From Klebsormidium nitens (lineage: Eukaryota > Plantae > Klebsormidiophyceae), in contig DF237147.1 of the NCBI GenBank assembly GCA_000708835.1, positions 62,001 to 126,000 of the forward strand: a stretch of 64,000 nucleotides of DNA, written 5' to 3'. The translations under genes and the position numbers were made by a program. Shown here piece after piece: positions 37,605-50,251 of the stretch (position 1 is its first letter; each line of letters begins with the position of its first letter). A model generated the notes under the pieces. It made no database searches. It saw only the letters and a list, made by a program, of their open reading frames with translations, and was not told the origin of the DNA.

Positions 37605-40600
37605 TCATTGTACTTTGATAGCCTCGTATCTGTCCCCCGCTTCCCCTCCTTTCTGTTTCTGGAAACTTATGTGCTTGAGAGTGCTGGCGTAGAAGGCTTC
37701 GGTGGCAGGGTCTTGGACCGCGCTTTCGCTGTTCACCTCGGTGCTTATCAACTCCAACAGGCCTTGCAAGACGGTCGTCGTCACCTGCTGGTTGCCCTTG
37801 TCGAAGTGGTACAAGTACCTGAGCAGATACACACATCGCGCGGGTCAGAAACAACCAAGCCTCCACGATCCCCAAGTTACACATCAGGACATTCTGAAGC
37901 TTCTCGATTAGTACCTGTAGCGTGCTCCAAGTCGCGAAAGCTTGTTCGCTTACTTGTTGAGAATCTCGACGAAGAGCGTGACCGGCCCGCCGCTGCCCCG
38001 CGTGGCGTTGGCTTGTTGCTGGGCGGCGTTGGCAATCCGCAGGGCACGCTTCAAGCACAGCAGCACCCTGCGCACAAATACCCAGTCCCTCAGGAACAGT
38101 GGTAAGCTCGAAGCAGTTGACCCAGGCAAGGGCAGAAGAGGCGTTGAAAAGTATTAAATCAAGAGAGAGCAGTCTCCGGTGAGCTTCACTACAATACACG
38201 AGCAACTGCTGACCAGTCGACCAGAAGACTTCTGGCTACTCTCGGAAAGAATGAAACTAGATCAAGAGGAGACGCACCTTTCGCCATCCCGAGTCCCTTT
38301 TTCTTGATCTTGCCAGAAGAGGTGTGAGCAATTGTACACAGCGCGGCACTGGTCCGGCTTCTTCAGCAGCTTCGCAGAGTACTGCAAAACACAAGTCCAG
38401 AAAAATTCAATCTCAATTTGAAATGTCCATTCAAGAAGAGGGGGCACGATTTCAAACAGGTACTTTCCTGCTGTGACCGTTTCCTCTCGCCTAAAAATCT
38501 CAAGAAAGAAGCAACCCAATCTTTTGGCTTCGACAGGGACCCCTAGGAGGGCTCGTCCTGCGCGAGTTGAGAGCGTGCTCACCCCGGTGGCCTTGTGCGT
38601 CAAGGTGTCCCGGTTCTCAGTGCCAAACACGACCGTCCGCTGCAGCGTGCCGGTCATCAGCTGCAGGGCCGTCACCTGCGCCTTGGAGTCCTGCACCACG
38701 TGGCAGCTCGATCAACACCTTTGTCGTACCAGTGGGACTCACTCATAAACCTCTGGATCCTGTAAGGCGGAGGTCTCCAGTGTACCTCCTACTGAGAAGG
38801 CCCGACAGCCAACCACTTGCAATGTCTTGAACAAAGTCTGCTTGGCACACGGTGGCTCTTACCGCGATGTCTTCCTCGTACAGGATGAACGCTTGCGTGA
38901 AGAACTCGTAGGCGATGGGTTCCAGGTCGCAGTCGCTGGCAGCCTGCACGCGTCCACGGCCGACCCACTCAGAAAAGACATCCTTCGATAAATGCAACCA
39001 ATGAGTGCGGCAAGGGCGCAAGCTTCACCATGACTTTCCTCGACCTCAACAGCTTCGGACTTCGCTCCTGCGCAAAAGTGCAGTCCCGCTGTGTTTGATC
39101 ACAATGCCAAGCAAGATAGCACTGCAAAAGCTCGCGTTGCCGCAGGCGGCTGACCTCGGCGCAGAGGAGGTAGAGGCGGAAGGCGAGCTCGGGTGCGGGC
39201 ACATTGGCGAGGGCCTCCACGGTCTGGTGCAGAAACTGGAACACCTTCTTGGGCGTAACACCGCCCTCCTCTACCTCGCCACGCGCTTGCAACCGCCGCA
39301 CCAGCTGTCACGACAAAGTACATAAGATGACGACACTGCGAGATCGCCACGTGTAGCATGCAACCCAGCTTCTGGAAAATGGCATGTAATGGAAGCTTCA
39401 AGTAATGAAGCTCCAAGTTTTAAGTCAAGCGCTTGGTTCCTCTTGGCTGCAACTCAGCGAATGATTCAATCACCAACGCTCCACTATTTACTCCCTTTTC
39501 CCTCCGATTCTGCAAGCTCGCACTTCAGTTTCACTGCTTAAGTCTGAAAGTAATAGAAACGGGGCAGGCGGAATACCTTGAGGCTCTCCACGACCAAGGG
39601 AGGCAGGGTGAAGACGAGCCGCCGCGGTCCACCAAGACCAAATTGTTTCCGAGCCGCACTCAGAATCTGCAGAGACAAAGCATGAGCGCGTCAAAGTCCT
39701 CTCAGTACCCCGTTCGCAGATGACAAGGAGCGAAATCCGTAGTGCTAGCAGAAAATGAAAGAGAGGCGGCTGCGGGTGGCAAGGCAGCGTCACCTTAATA
39801 CACAACTTTTCTACGTTCTATCAGGGCTCCGTTTAGATAGGTTACTGCCCGGGAGGACGGGTGAGGCTGCTTTTGGGATCTGAGGTGGGTACCGGTGCAA
39901 AGGGTGTTCAAACTTGGTCAAGGATTTTTGTTTCTGCGAGCTCGGGGCGCCGATGCAATGTCGAGTACAGATCCACGTAGGCCTAACTCAACGCAGAACA
40001 GGCACTGTTTTCACCTTGAATTGCTCCTCAGGGTCGTCGTTGACGAGCACATGCAGCAATCGCGCCACCAGGTTCTGCTCCTCCGCAAAGTCCTCCTGGT
40101 CCAGCTGCAACAGCCAGCACGGACGGCCGTCAAGAGGCGTCCGGAGATATGGATAGGGACCGTGGATTCGGCCGAATGTTGGAGTGCTCTGTGATGGACC
40201 AGTGCTCTGTAATCGCCCCAAAGCTGCGCTCATCATTGCTCATCGAAACATTGCACGGACCAGCTCGAAGTCCTCTCTTTTTTCGTAAAATCAGTGTTTT
40301 TACTCCTTGCTCACAGCATCAGCCATGATTGCACTTTTCGTCACTTACTGTAACTCTTGTCCTCGTATGCATTTCGGTGTGTCGAAAGCCGTAACGTGAT
40401 ACCTACACCACCCTCGACCAAACCCACATATTCACCGCGCGAGCTGAATCGACTGCATTCAACAATAGAACTCGCAATCGAAAGCAGAGATCGTCCAAAA
40501 CTTCAAAGACGACATTTGCCGCAGTGGCGCGGGGTGCGGCTTGAGCGCGCGCACCTGGTCGACGGGCGGCGCGTCCTCGCCGTCCCGGATGAGCTCCTGC

Positions 40601-43600
40601 AGCAGCTGGAAGAGCGCCTCGACGCGCGCGCAGTCGCCGATGCGCGTGCCGTTCTTGAGGATGCTCTGGATGACCAGGACGGCCATCACCTTGTTGGTCT
40701 CGAACTCGAGCGTGGCCATGAGCTGCCCGTAGTGGCCCAGCTGCAGCACCGTCACCACGTCGCCGTACTGCGCCAGCGGCTCGCTCAGCAGCGCCACGAT
40801 CGCCTTCACGCTCTTGGCCTCGCGGATCTTGCCCTGCCCCGCCAGCATCTTCACGCACGACCCCTGCGCGGAAAGCGAGTGCGTGTTGAGAAGAAGGGCA
40901 CGTTTGATTCAGATGATTGCAAAGCTCGCAGACCGGCGAACGGCTGGTCCAGCCAACTCGGAAAAGAAGCAGTCCACAAGTCGAGAACCGATGAGAAAGG
41001 TACGTGGTAGGCACAACAATACCCTAAAAGCTATGTGATGGACACCGAAACACTTTGCTCGGAGGCAAAGCAAGGGTCGGTGTGCAATTTCTGGAAAAGC
41101 AGAGGCCGCGGAGGATTCAACCGTACCAGAGGGCAGCACCAAATTGAGACTCTGCGAGCAGGTAAGTGTATGCGGGGCACTCACAAGGACAGAGTCGACG
41201 TAGTCGAGGCGGTCGGCGTGGCAGCGCAGGACGAAGTTGAGGAGCGCCACATGGAGGCTGACGGCGGAGACGAGCGGCATGTCCACCTGCGCCTCCACTA
41301 CGGTGGCTACCGCCGTGCTCAGCTTCTCGAACGCCTCCACCTCAGCAAACACGGACAGCACCTGCAGCGGGGGGGATGAAAGGCCGTTCCGTAAGCAGAC
41401 AGAACGGAAGGAGGGAGAACGTGGAAGGCTGCCGAGCAGATGTTAGAGATACCCCCTAGCCATAAACCTTGAGGGTTACAGGAATAGACTGTCTGGGCAT
41501 CGTCCGGGTCCACTAAGATGGACCGCCAATCGAGGGGGTTGTAGTGGAGGTGGGTTCCTAGGAAGTCCGTTAGGAGTACCTGTTCTCCTCCTTTCCGTTC
41601 AGACAGCACTGGGCGGAGGCGGGAACAATCGAAGCGATGGGAATCTGTCAGCAGGTCGAACTTGGAAGGAAGCATCGACTTCCAACAACTTCGCATGGGT
41701 GACACTTTATGAACCGCAGGACACACATTTCTGATGTCGCAGCACTGGACCAGGCGACTCGACGCCAGTGGAGGGCCATCCAGATGCGAACGGCACGCGC
41801 CAAGGAGACAAGAACAATCCAAGGGAACGAAGCACACGACCACGGCCGAAGTACACGCCGTCGCAGGACGGATTATTGGTAGGGTCAGCGTACGGCACCT
41901 GGGAGTTTGCTGCTGCGTAGTTGGCCAGCCGCTCCATGAGGCCCGCCATGGTGCTCTTGATGTCCACCTTGGGCTGCACGCAAGCAGGAGCAAGAGCGAA
42001 TCAACACCCGCCGAGAAGCAGGCCACCCTAGTTGGCGGGTGAAACCCCTCGAGACATCTACTCAGCACGCGTTGGCGCAGTTATAGTAGGCTCCTTGTCG
42101 AGACCGTGGCAAGAGAAAGGCGCAGAAACAAACGGGCTTTTGCTGCCAAAAGATCGATCGTCAAGTGTGCGGCGCCAGCACGGATGATTGTTGAGACGAG
42201 CGCGGAAGCGCACCTGCAGTTGTGGGCAGGCGGCAAGGAGCGTCTCGAGCGTTTGCAGGTGGTACTCGTCGGGGAACACCTGGATGATGCAGTCCATCAG
42301 GTACCCCTGCGCAATCTCGTCCTTGCAGTTTACCACCTGCAAATCGCACGGCACCGTTTCAAGCCACAACAATTCTTACGGGATCGAAGCCATGGCCACC
42401 CCAGCTTGGCTAAAGCTTCCTTGTTGAATTCCTTCTCAAAACTTCGGCTCGTACAGCCGAACGGTTCCGAAAGGAAGCCGTCAAAAACGGTCGTCTGAAA
42501 AGACGTCCGCAGAAGAGGTGGACAGTTTTCGGAATACTCGGCCAAGCCTAAGCCGCCATATTCGAGTACAAATCTGAGCTCATCGCAAAGGTTGGCCCGA
42601 TGCGCCAACTGCAATCCTTCACGACCCCAATGTCATTGACCGTACGTCCCAAGTTCTGCACAATTGGCAAAGGTCTGCGTTCGGATCGAATCGGATTTGA
42701 GTCAGGCGGCCAGGTTCAAGTGGAGCTGCAGAACCATGCGCCCTCTACTTAGCGTTGGGTTCAATCACCTGCTCGAGGACCCGTGGCAGCACAGTGCTCT
42801 TATACAACTCCAGGTCCACCCCTTCCAGCTGGCTCAGCACCAGCAAGTTCTTCCCCACCTGCACGTATGAAGCCAATGTGGCAGAGCGTCAGAGACAAGA
42901 GGTATTGACGATAGGAACGGACCCTCTCGTACATGAATTTCGAACCATGATGCAACCACAGGTGCTTCAATCAACACAAAAGCTTTCAAAGTCCCTTGTC
43001 GAAAGACGCTTGTGATCTGTTCGTCTGTGCATATTTTTTGACAATCCTCAAACGACACCGGCCCAAGTCTTGCCTACAGTTGCCTTGCAAAGGGAGTGTC
43101 AGAGGCACGTAGTTCTTGGAAAACCATGCTGAGGCTGCCTTTTACGTTCTCACCAGGTCTCGCAGCTCGCTCCGCTCCTTTTCCCGCTTCTCCCTGTCGG
43201 CCTTGTCCTTCGCGGACCCTTGATGTTGCATGCGCACCCACAGCTTGTTCATCTCGGTGAAGTTTTGGAGCACGAACTCCACGGCGTCGTGGATAGTGCC
43301 CCCCTCGCTGGCAAGACGGGTAAACATAGCGTCAGACAATAGCCTCAATGTGAATTCGCCTTTTTATCTGAAGAAACGAAAGCGGAAGGCGGTTTTTGGG
43401 TCATATGTACGATAGCCACAACTTCCAACGAAAGCTTTCCTGTAGAGGAGTACAAAGCGGGGGAGATCCTGACGTGCTCACCCCTCGTAGTCGGAGCCGG
43501 TGTCGGGCAGCTTGTCCTTGCTGATCTGCGAGAGATAGCTGCGCAGGAAGAGGCCGCGGATAGGGTGCTGCACGCCGCGGCTCATCTCGACCAGATCTTT

Positions 43601-44899
43601 CAGGATGTCCTTCGCAGGAGCCTCCTTGGAGCGGATGTATACTGACCCCACCGTGATCAGTAAGTACCTGCGTCACCGGAGCGAACGGTCAGGTGACCGC
43701 ATGGGTGCAGTGTGCGCTCAGGTAGCCTCTCAGCTGCCTAAACAAGTCCTCACTGATTTGACGAAGGAAGCTTACAGCATGAACGCGTGTGCCCTTGACG
43801 GGTGGACGAAAGCGCGCTGAATCGAATCTAACAATGACAGCTGGAATGACGCTGGAAAGTATCAATGAATTGTCAGGACCCGACCAGACTCCCTTAGGGC
43901 CCGATTTCATCTGAACGAAACGTTTCACAAGGAGCCTAAAACGTTGGACACTGAATTGAAAGAGGGTGTCCAACGCACAGCCCTTTCACTTTCCGCCTCC
44001 CTTTTCGAGGGTCTGACTTTAAGTTCTTCCGGAGGTGACGAAGACACAGGCAGTCAACAAGGCATAATCTAGGGCCAGACAAAATCAATCGCAGACTTAC
44101 AAGCGTGGCAGGATGTTTCCCGCGTGCTGCACCAGCTCATAGAGATCCGCATTGCTCCGTCCGCGCTTGCTCTCCTCCTGGAAGAAGGCCTCCAGGTGCC
44201 GCAGCTCATCGAATGTTTGCATGTCTGAGAGGAGCGCAGGTCAAGGAAGCGCCAGCACGGTACATGCTGAAGATACAGCAAGACTGTCGTTGACAAAGCA
44301 AGACTATCGATGACAAGGGGGTTCCCTGGCACAGTTGTCTCGATTGCCAACACCTCAAATGCTCAAAGTTGCAGGAAATTTTAAACTCCATATGAAAGAG
44401 ACCTTTTGTTATACACAAATGATAATGTTGTCGAATTTTCACTTTGGGAAAAGCAGCTACGAAGAAATGGACAAAACGCGACTCTGCACTAGCTTGGGTG
44501 GAGGATACAGAGCTCGTAGTACTTCTGGGGGGACAGCTTGGAGGTGCGCAGCTCCACCAGCATCTGGGCCGAGTACTTGAGAGCCTCCCGCAGGTTGCTC
44601 GAATCCTGCGAACACGAACACCACCCCTGAGAACCGCCGCTCCGAGTATGATGCGCATACATTCAGAATCAGTTTCGGCACCAACAAGTCCCCCAAGTCG
44701 CCCCCCATCGTGTTGCCCCTGCTTTGGACAGTGTGAATGTCTGCCCACTCACCAGCGCCTTCCTCATGTAGAAGCTCTGCTGCTTGACCACGTTCTGCGC
44801 GTCCGCCAGCCATTTCTCCTGTTCCTCCGTTGCCGTGATGCTGTGTTCGTTCTGCGGAGGGTGGTAAGGCCGGGTCTTGTTGCCAGTTGGTTGTACCAT
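37605..44899 (-). CDS. VPS35: Vacuolar protein sorting 35, retromer cargo-recognition subunit (many exons)
   Basis: [118 protein letters not shown]-like segment, YLYHFDKGN. Confidence 0.97.
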
Positions 44900-46320
44900 C
44901 GCCGAAGTGTCAATTGCTCACGCTGGCTGACATCATTGCAGATTCCTTTGCGCATCTTACCCCAGCAGGTGTTTTAAGCAGATTGCAGATTCAGTATACA
45001 AGGCTGGTGCATCTACGAAGATAACATGTGAAATTTGCCTCGATAGGTGGGTGCTTTGAAGTCCATCGCTCCTGTCCACAATACCGGGCTCCAGCCAGAA
45101 GAGAAGTGCCCTAATGACCCTCTGATCTGGAAAACCGATTGGGCGCCATTGAAAGCAAACTTGATCTGGCGGTTTGTTAAGCAGACTGCCCAACTTTGCT
45201 GGGCTTGAGAACCCAGAAAAGCGATCAACCATTCAACAAAGTCCTTGTTCCAAAGCCACGATCACCACCAGATATCTATGACTCAAGAGGAGAGACACTT
45301 CAAAATACGTAGCCTTGGATGCATTTAAAAGAATTAGAACCAGAACTTTTAGCATTCCAGCTTCTTAAAAGCCCTTCAGCTCTGGGCAGTATAAATTAAT
45401 GCCTCGATGAGTGGATGCAGCTTACCATTGTGCTTCTTTCTGCCCACAAGACTTGCTGTGATTCCACACCGTTCCTCGCAGCCCCAATTGTGAATGTGAT
45501 CAAATTGCACCCTCAGCTTGAGGACTCCGCAGATGCTTGATCGACCACCGGGTTTCAAACCTGCACATGCCTTCTAGGCGAGAAGCAATCGCTGTTGCTT
45601 CTGAAGTTCTGTTGCTTGTTGACAAAATTAAGGTGTTTTTGAATGGCGCTCGCCAATGGGATCAGGAATGGAGTCCAACTTGCAAGCCTGAATCGATGAA
45701 AGTGAGAAGAACGTTCAAGCTCCAAATTACATTATATTCAGGCATATTACCTGCAATGGATTGTTAAATGCCCGTGAACGTAAGCAGCGATACGCCCCTC
45801 ACGAGCGGTCGGACTAGGCTACTTGCAGCCCACGACATGAGGCTATAAGCGGCTCGCCATAATGTATAAGCGCCTGCAGCTCTCCTAGCTGAAGAAGTGG
45901 AATTGGAAGGAGAAGATCTCCGAGTCTCAGCAGGGTTTGGATTTCAGTCGATTTCAGTGAGAAAAGCTCGGGAGCTTTCAACTTCAAGGTGGAAGAGAGC
46001 GGCTCAAAAGTGTGGTCGCAAGTCATTGACATAAGAGGGACCCTCTTCTCCTGGAGAAGGATAATCTTACCTGCGGCGGAGATCAGCACACACCCTGCAT
46101 TCTCTAGAGGCTGACAAATTCATAGTCACTTTCACTTTCAACATAAGTGAGCATCCAGGACGCGGAGCAAGCACACAAGGACTGAGCTCACCAGCTGCAG
46201 GACTCCATTTGTCAATGCATTCTTCATTTCCCAGCTGCTGACATCAGTTGTTTGTGAGCTCAAGGGCGCGAAGAGAAGATTCAGGTTTTCGAGGTTGCCC
46301 TTTGGGAAGAAAACGGCATC

Positions 46321-47596
46321 ATGGCTCTCCTTGATGAAATATGGCACAAATATGGTCCAGGCTTGGCAGGTAAGCTCAGATGGAGAAATCTGGTGATCCT
46401 TGTCTTGCTTTCTGTCTGGCTTCTGCTGAGTTGCTCCACCGCCCAACCTTTTTGAAAACTTCCGACAATCAAAGCGCGTCTGATTCTTACGTCAAGCTGC
46501 CCCACTTGTCAAAATCTGTTTATGCAGGAGCTATATTTGGAGCTGGTTGGTGGTTTTGGGTTGACGCTGTGGCCATCAGCAAGACCAAGGTCGAATTTGT
46601 CCACTACTTGCCAGGTGCGCCTGTAGATCTTTTTCTGCTTTTTCGTGCTCTCTCTCACTGCTTTATGAGCCAGGTTTTAAGCGCACTGTAGGGAAATTGC
46701 TTTTTAAGGCGAATATGCGCGCCAATGAGAGTGCCGCTGACTCGGACAGCGAATGCTTTTATCTTCGGCTCGGAGGAACATGAGTGATGAGTGAAACATT
46801 GACCATGTTCCTGGAACAGGAATTTTTGCCACCATCGCTGCCCTCATGTTTAATTGTGTACGAAGAGAAGACCTCCAGGAGTACGATCCCTACGACGATG
46901 GCGCCGGGTGCAGGTCAGGAATTGCATTTCAAGCCCCCTGCTTATGCGGGCAGGGGTTTTGAAGAAAATGCAAGTGGGGCACAGGGGCATTCTTCTGACT
47001 CAGCAGATGGGCCTTGTTCGAATCCACTTCTTCGAGAACGTCGTACAGGGCACCGGTCGGTTGCAACCGTATTTGTATTTTAATGCACAAAAGCGACTGA
47101 CTATATTGAATGTGCAGGTCTCGGGTCTGGCTTTTCCTTTCATACGTCTTGTCATTTGTGTCACTGGCGGGCTCCGTTGGCTTGCTGATCAACGACTACG
47201 CGAACCCGGCAATAACATCAACATGGCCTGGTGTGGCTGGCGTCTGTCAATGTACATTCATCTTGGGCAGGTGCGGTCATCTCAATCCTTGTGCTCACAT
47301 CTCTCCTCTTGAAGACAATTTCCAGAATGTTAAGTCCCGGCACATTCTCGATCACAAGTGCGAAGGGGTAGAAATTCACCTTGTTTTTCCTCGTTTGTCT
47401 AATTTTGCTTTATCTAAAATCCGGCTTTTGTGAGATTGCACGCTCCGATGCGCACCTTTCTCGCCAGCACGACTTGGATCAAGTCTTGAAAAGAGTTCAA
47501 CCTGACAACCTGGTCCACGGAGCTTGGCTTCACCTTTGATGTTCCATTTGCAGCGGCCTATTGTATTGGATGTCAAGATCGTCTTCAGACTCTTGA
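46321..47596 (+). CDS. VPS68: Vps68/TMEM50 (UPF0220) four-TM membrane protein, 5 exons
   Basis: MALLDEIWHKYGPGLAG|AIFGAGWWFWVDAVAISKTKVEFVHYLP|GIFATIAALMFNCVRREDL...|RSRVWLFLSYVLSFVSLAGSVGLL...WPGVAGVCQCTFILGS|GLLYWMSRSSSDS*. The true start is 46321 with an intron after 46369, not the track's 46380. Confidence 0.9.
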
Positions 47597-48528
47597 CAGG
47601 GCAGGTCAAGCGGCACTGCTGATGTAAGCTGCCAGAACTGATGCCACTCCCATAGCACCCTCGAATAGGACGATATATAAACACTGGTTCGAGTTTATAA
47701 GCAGATCTGATTTGCCTTTATTGAGCCCTCCGAATTGACACACTACTTCAACATATGCATTTGAGAAAGGAGAGCTGGACGTGATGCGATCCAAGCTGTA
47801 GCAATACGTCACGCTGTATCATATCAAAGTTGATTGTCGAATTGAAATAGAGGACTTGTTTCGTCTCAAGGCCTCAAATCTATAAGCACTATCCAATTCT
47901 ATAGTCGAACATCTGACACACTTGGATGTGGAGTGTATAGTCAATCATGTGAGCCGCGCGCCCGTATGCATGAAGCTTCTGCAAATCCGTGTGTTTACAT
48001 GTGTTGAAGTCTCTATGAGATCCTCAGGTCACACTGTATAGAATCTTGTCTTTAAAGCATCATGGTATTATCCAACTGAGTTGTAGCGGTATATACTAGT
48101 AGTCGGGCCACATGCACAGCTAGGAATGGAGTATGCTTGATGGTAACTTACGATATTTATTGATCATATGGCAACGGGCCAGCGCGGAAGTGCCAAGGAC
48201 TGTACTTGCGGGATTTGAAAGGGCTAGCTTTTATACTAGGGTGCTTGAATCCAACTATGATTGGTATGGCAACTAAGCTGCAATTTAGCGGGTACTAGGT
48301 GGGATTGCAACGCACACAGCGGCATACACATGTCAGGAGAAATATGAGGTTTTGGAATCCTCGAGCTACATAATGAGGAAGACCACCTCACGGGTCGAGG
48401 GCCACGAGTGCGAGCAAGGAGAATCGAACAAGTAAAGGCAGGACAAATCCATCCGTTTCTTTGCCACGTATCCTTCTTCGTTTTAGATGCTATCTACTAT
48501 AGGACTTGGAGCTTCCGACCACTTGGCA

Positions 48529-49876
48529 TCAAGTTGCTGCCTTGATCATACCTGTTTGGCGGGCATAGTTGAAGAGGCCTCCTGCATCGATCACTGGACC
48601 TGCCTCCCCAATTGGCTTCAGGTTGTATTGCTTTCCGGTTCCGTGATGAGTCAGGACGTCATTCTCCATATCCACCGTCACTTCGTCGCCAGTTTTCAGC
48701 TCTTCGCAAAGTCTAGTGTCGATCTCCACAGGGTAAAGTTCTCCTGCGAGGTAAAGTCGAGGGGGATCAGCACATCATGCAACTGACAGACTAGAGTCTC
48801 CAGTCAAACTGTAATCAATTGACAGCAGTCCACTTGTTCATCCGCGTCACTTCCGCACAAAGAGGTGGAGAATGGTGAGTGCAGACAATCCACCAAACAA
48901 CGAGCTGTGCGATTGACTACTCACACAATGTTAGATCCAGGGCCCTGATACCATCATGTTTACAGCTGGATGAGTTTTTGAGGACTCGCGTTCTTCTCAC
49001 CTGTTGCGACAGAGTTCCTGAAGAAGATCCGAGCATACGATTCTGCGACCACGGCCTTGAGTCCCGCAGCTCCAAGTGCCACTGGGGCATGCTCGCGGGA
49101 AGATCCGCACCCGTAGTTCTTACCACCAATCATGATCGGATACTTGGTCTTCATTTCACCTTCCTCAATGAAGCTGCCCATGACAGAAGAACACCTTGTT
49201 AAATGTTGCCAGGATCGGATTTCCACTTATCACCGTATTGGACCACCATTCATGATCACTCAAGATAAAAAGGAAAACTTTTCACTCATATATAAGACAT
49301 GGATGGGGCGGTATGCTGTGTTTCAAAAACTGCAGTGCCCAATTGTTGACTAGAGTGTTTGTTCTCTGATTGTCACCTTCTCTCAGGGAAAGAGGGAGTA
49401 CTTGTACAGGGGGAAGTCACTTTGGCTTTAAGCAAAGAAACTTACATTCCGTAGCCCTTTGGTAGTCCCGCCATCGCATAGCTGCCCAGCTTCTCATATT
49501 CCTCCGGCTTTGAGGGGACTAGTGTTAGGTACTCTGCCGGAATTATCTGATCTGTGTCAATATTGTCATCAACCACAAAGACGGGGCCCCTGATGACCCT
49601 CTTGTTCTGCTTCCCTGCCTCTGCCCTGACACTGAATCTGGCCACCGATGCTTGATGATTTTTCTCAGCCAAGTTGGAGATTAAAGGAGCGCTGGATCCC
49701 AGGAAGGATTTTGCATGCCCTTTTACTGGTACATTGTGGTTTCTCTTCAGAGATGAATAGCTGGTAAAGGTCATTGCAGCAGCGCCATTCTGTCGAGAGT
49801 TCTCTGCAAATTGGGCTTGGGCACCATACACGAAAGTACCAGCAGCACCTGCTTTTGCCGCAACGCTTGAAGCCAT
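48529..49876 (-). CDS. leuD: 3-isopropylmalate dehydratase (isopropylmalate isomerase) small subunit, plastid-targeted, 3 exons
   Basis: Ser/Ala-rich transit peptide, then [50 protein letters not shown] and [17 protein letters not shown]. Confidence 0.96.
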
Positions 49877-49990
49877 TGTGCTTTGCAATGCGGTGCCAAG
49901 AGATCAGATTTTGTGTGTTCCGAACTCGAGGTTGAAGAATTGCAGAGCATCAGCCGTCAATGTCACAAGCATGAGAGCTGGCTTTCTCGG

Positions 49991-50110
49991 TAACCCTAGT
50001 GCTACATTGTCATAACCGTGCTCAGGTCCATTCCTGGGCTTTAGCCCAGGTTAACCCGGCTAGGGCAGCCCTTGACCCTTTCTCACTTGCAACCACGTTG
50101 AAGCTGGGCT
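49991..50110. promoter_or_regulatory. Telo-box-like motif plus inverted site II (TGGGCY) motifs in leuD/MDN1 bidirectional promoter
   Basis: TAACCCTAG at 49991-49999 (one mismatch to AAACCCTA); CCTGGGCT-TT-AGCCCAGG palindrome at 50033-50050; TGGGCT at 50105-50110. Function inferred by analogy to land plants. Confidence 0.45.
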
Positions 50111-50251
50111 TGAAAACATCCAGTACAGTGTGCAGTTCACGTTCAGGACGCGTTCTTTGGTGGCGTCTCTTCCTAGTGATACGCAATCTGGAAGGAATTG
50201 GTGGGATCGGGTGCCACACTGAGGCGGAGCCGGATGCGTGCAAAGTAATCA

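Noticed and set aside
46380-46528. Track ORF N-terminal extension MEKSGDPC... for VPS68
   Set aside because: This is intron sequence. The upstream exon 46321-46369 gives an N-terminus that matches the family much better.
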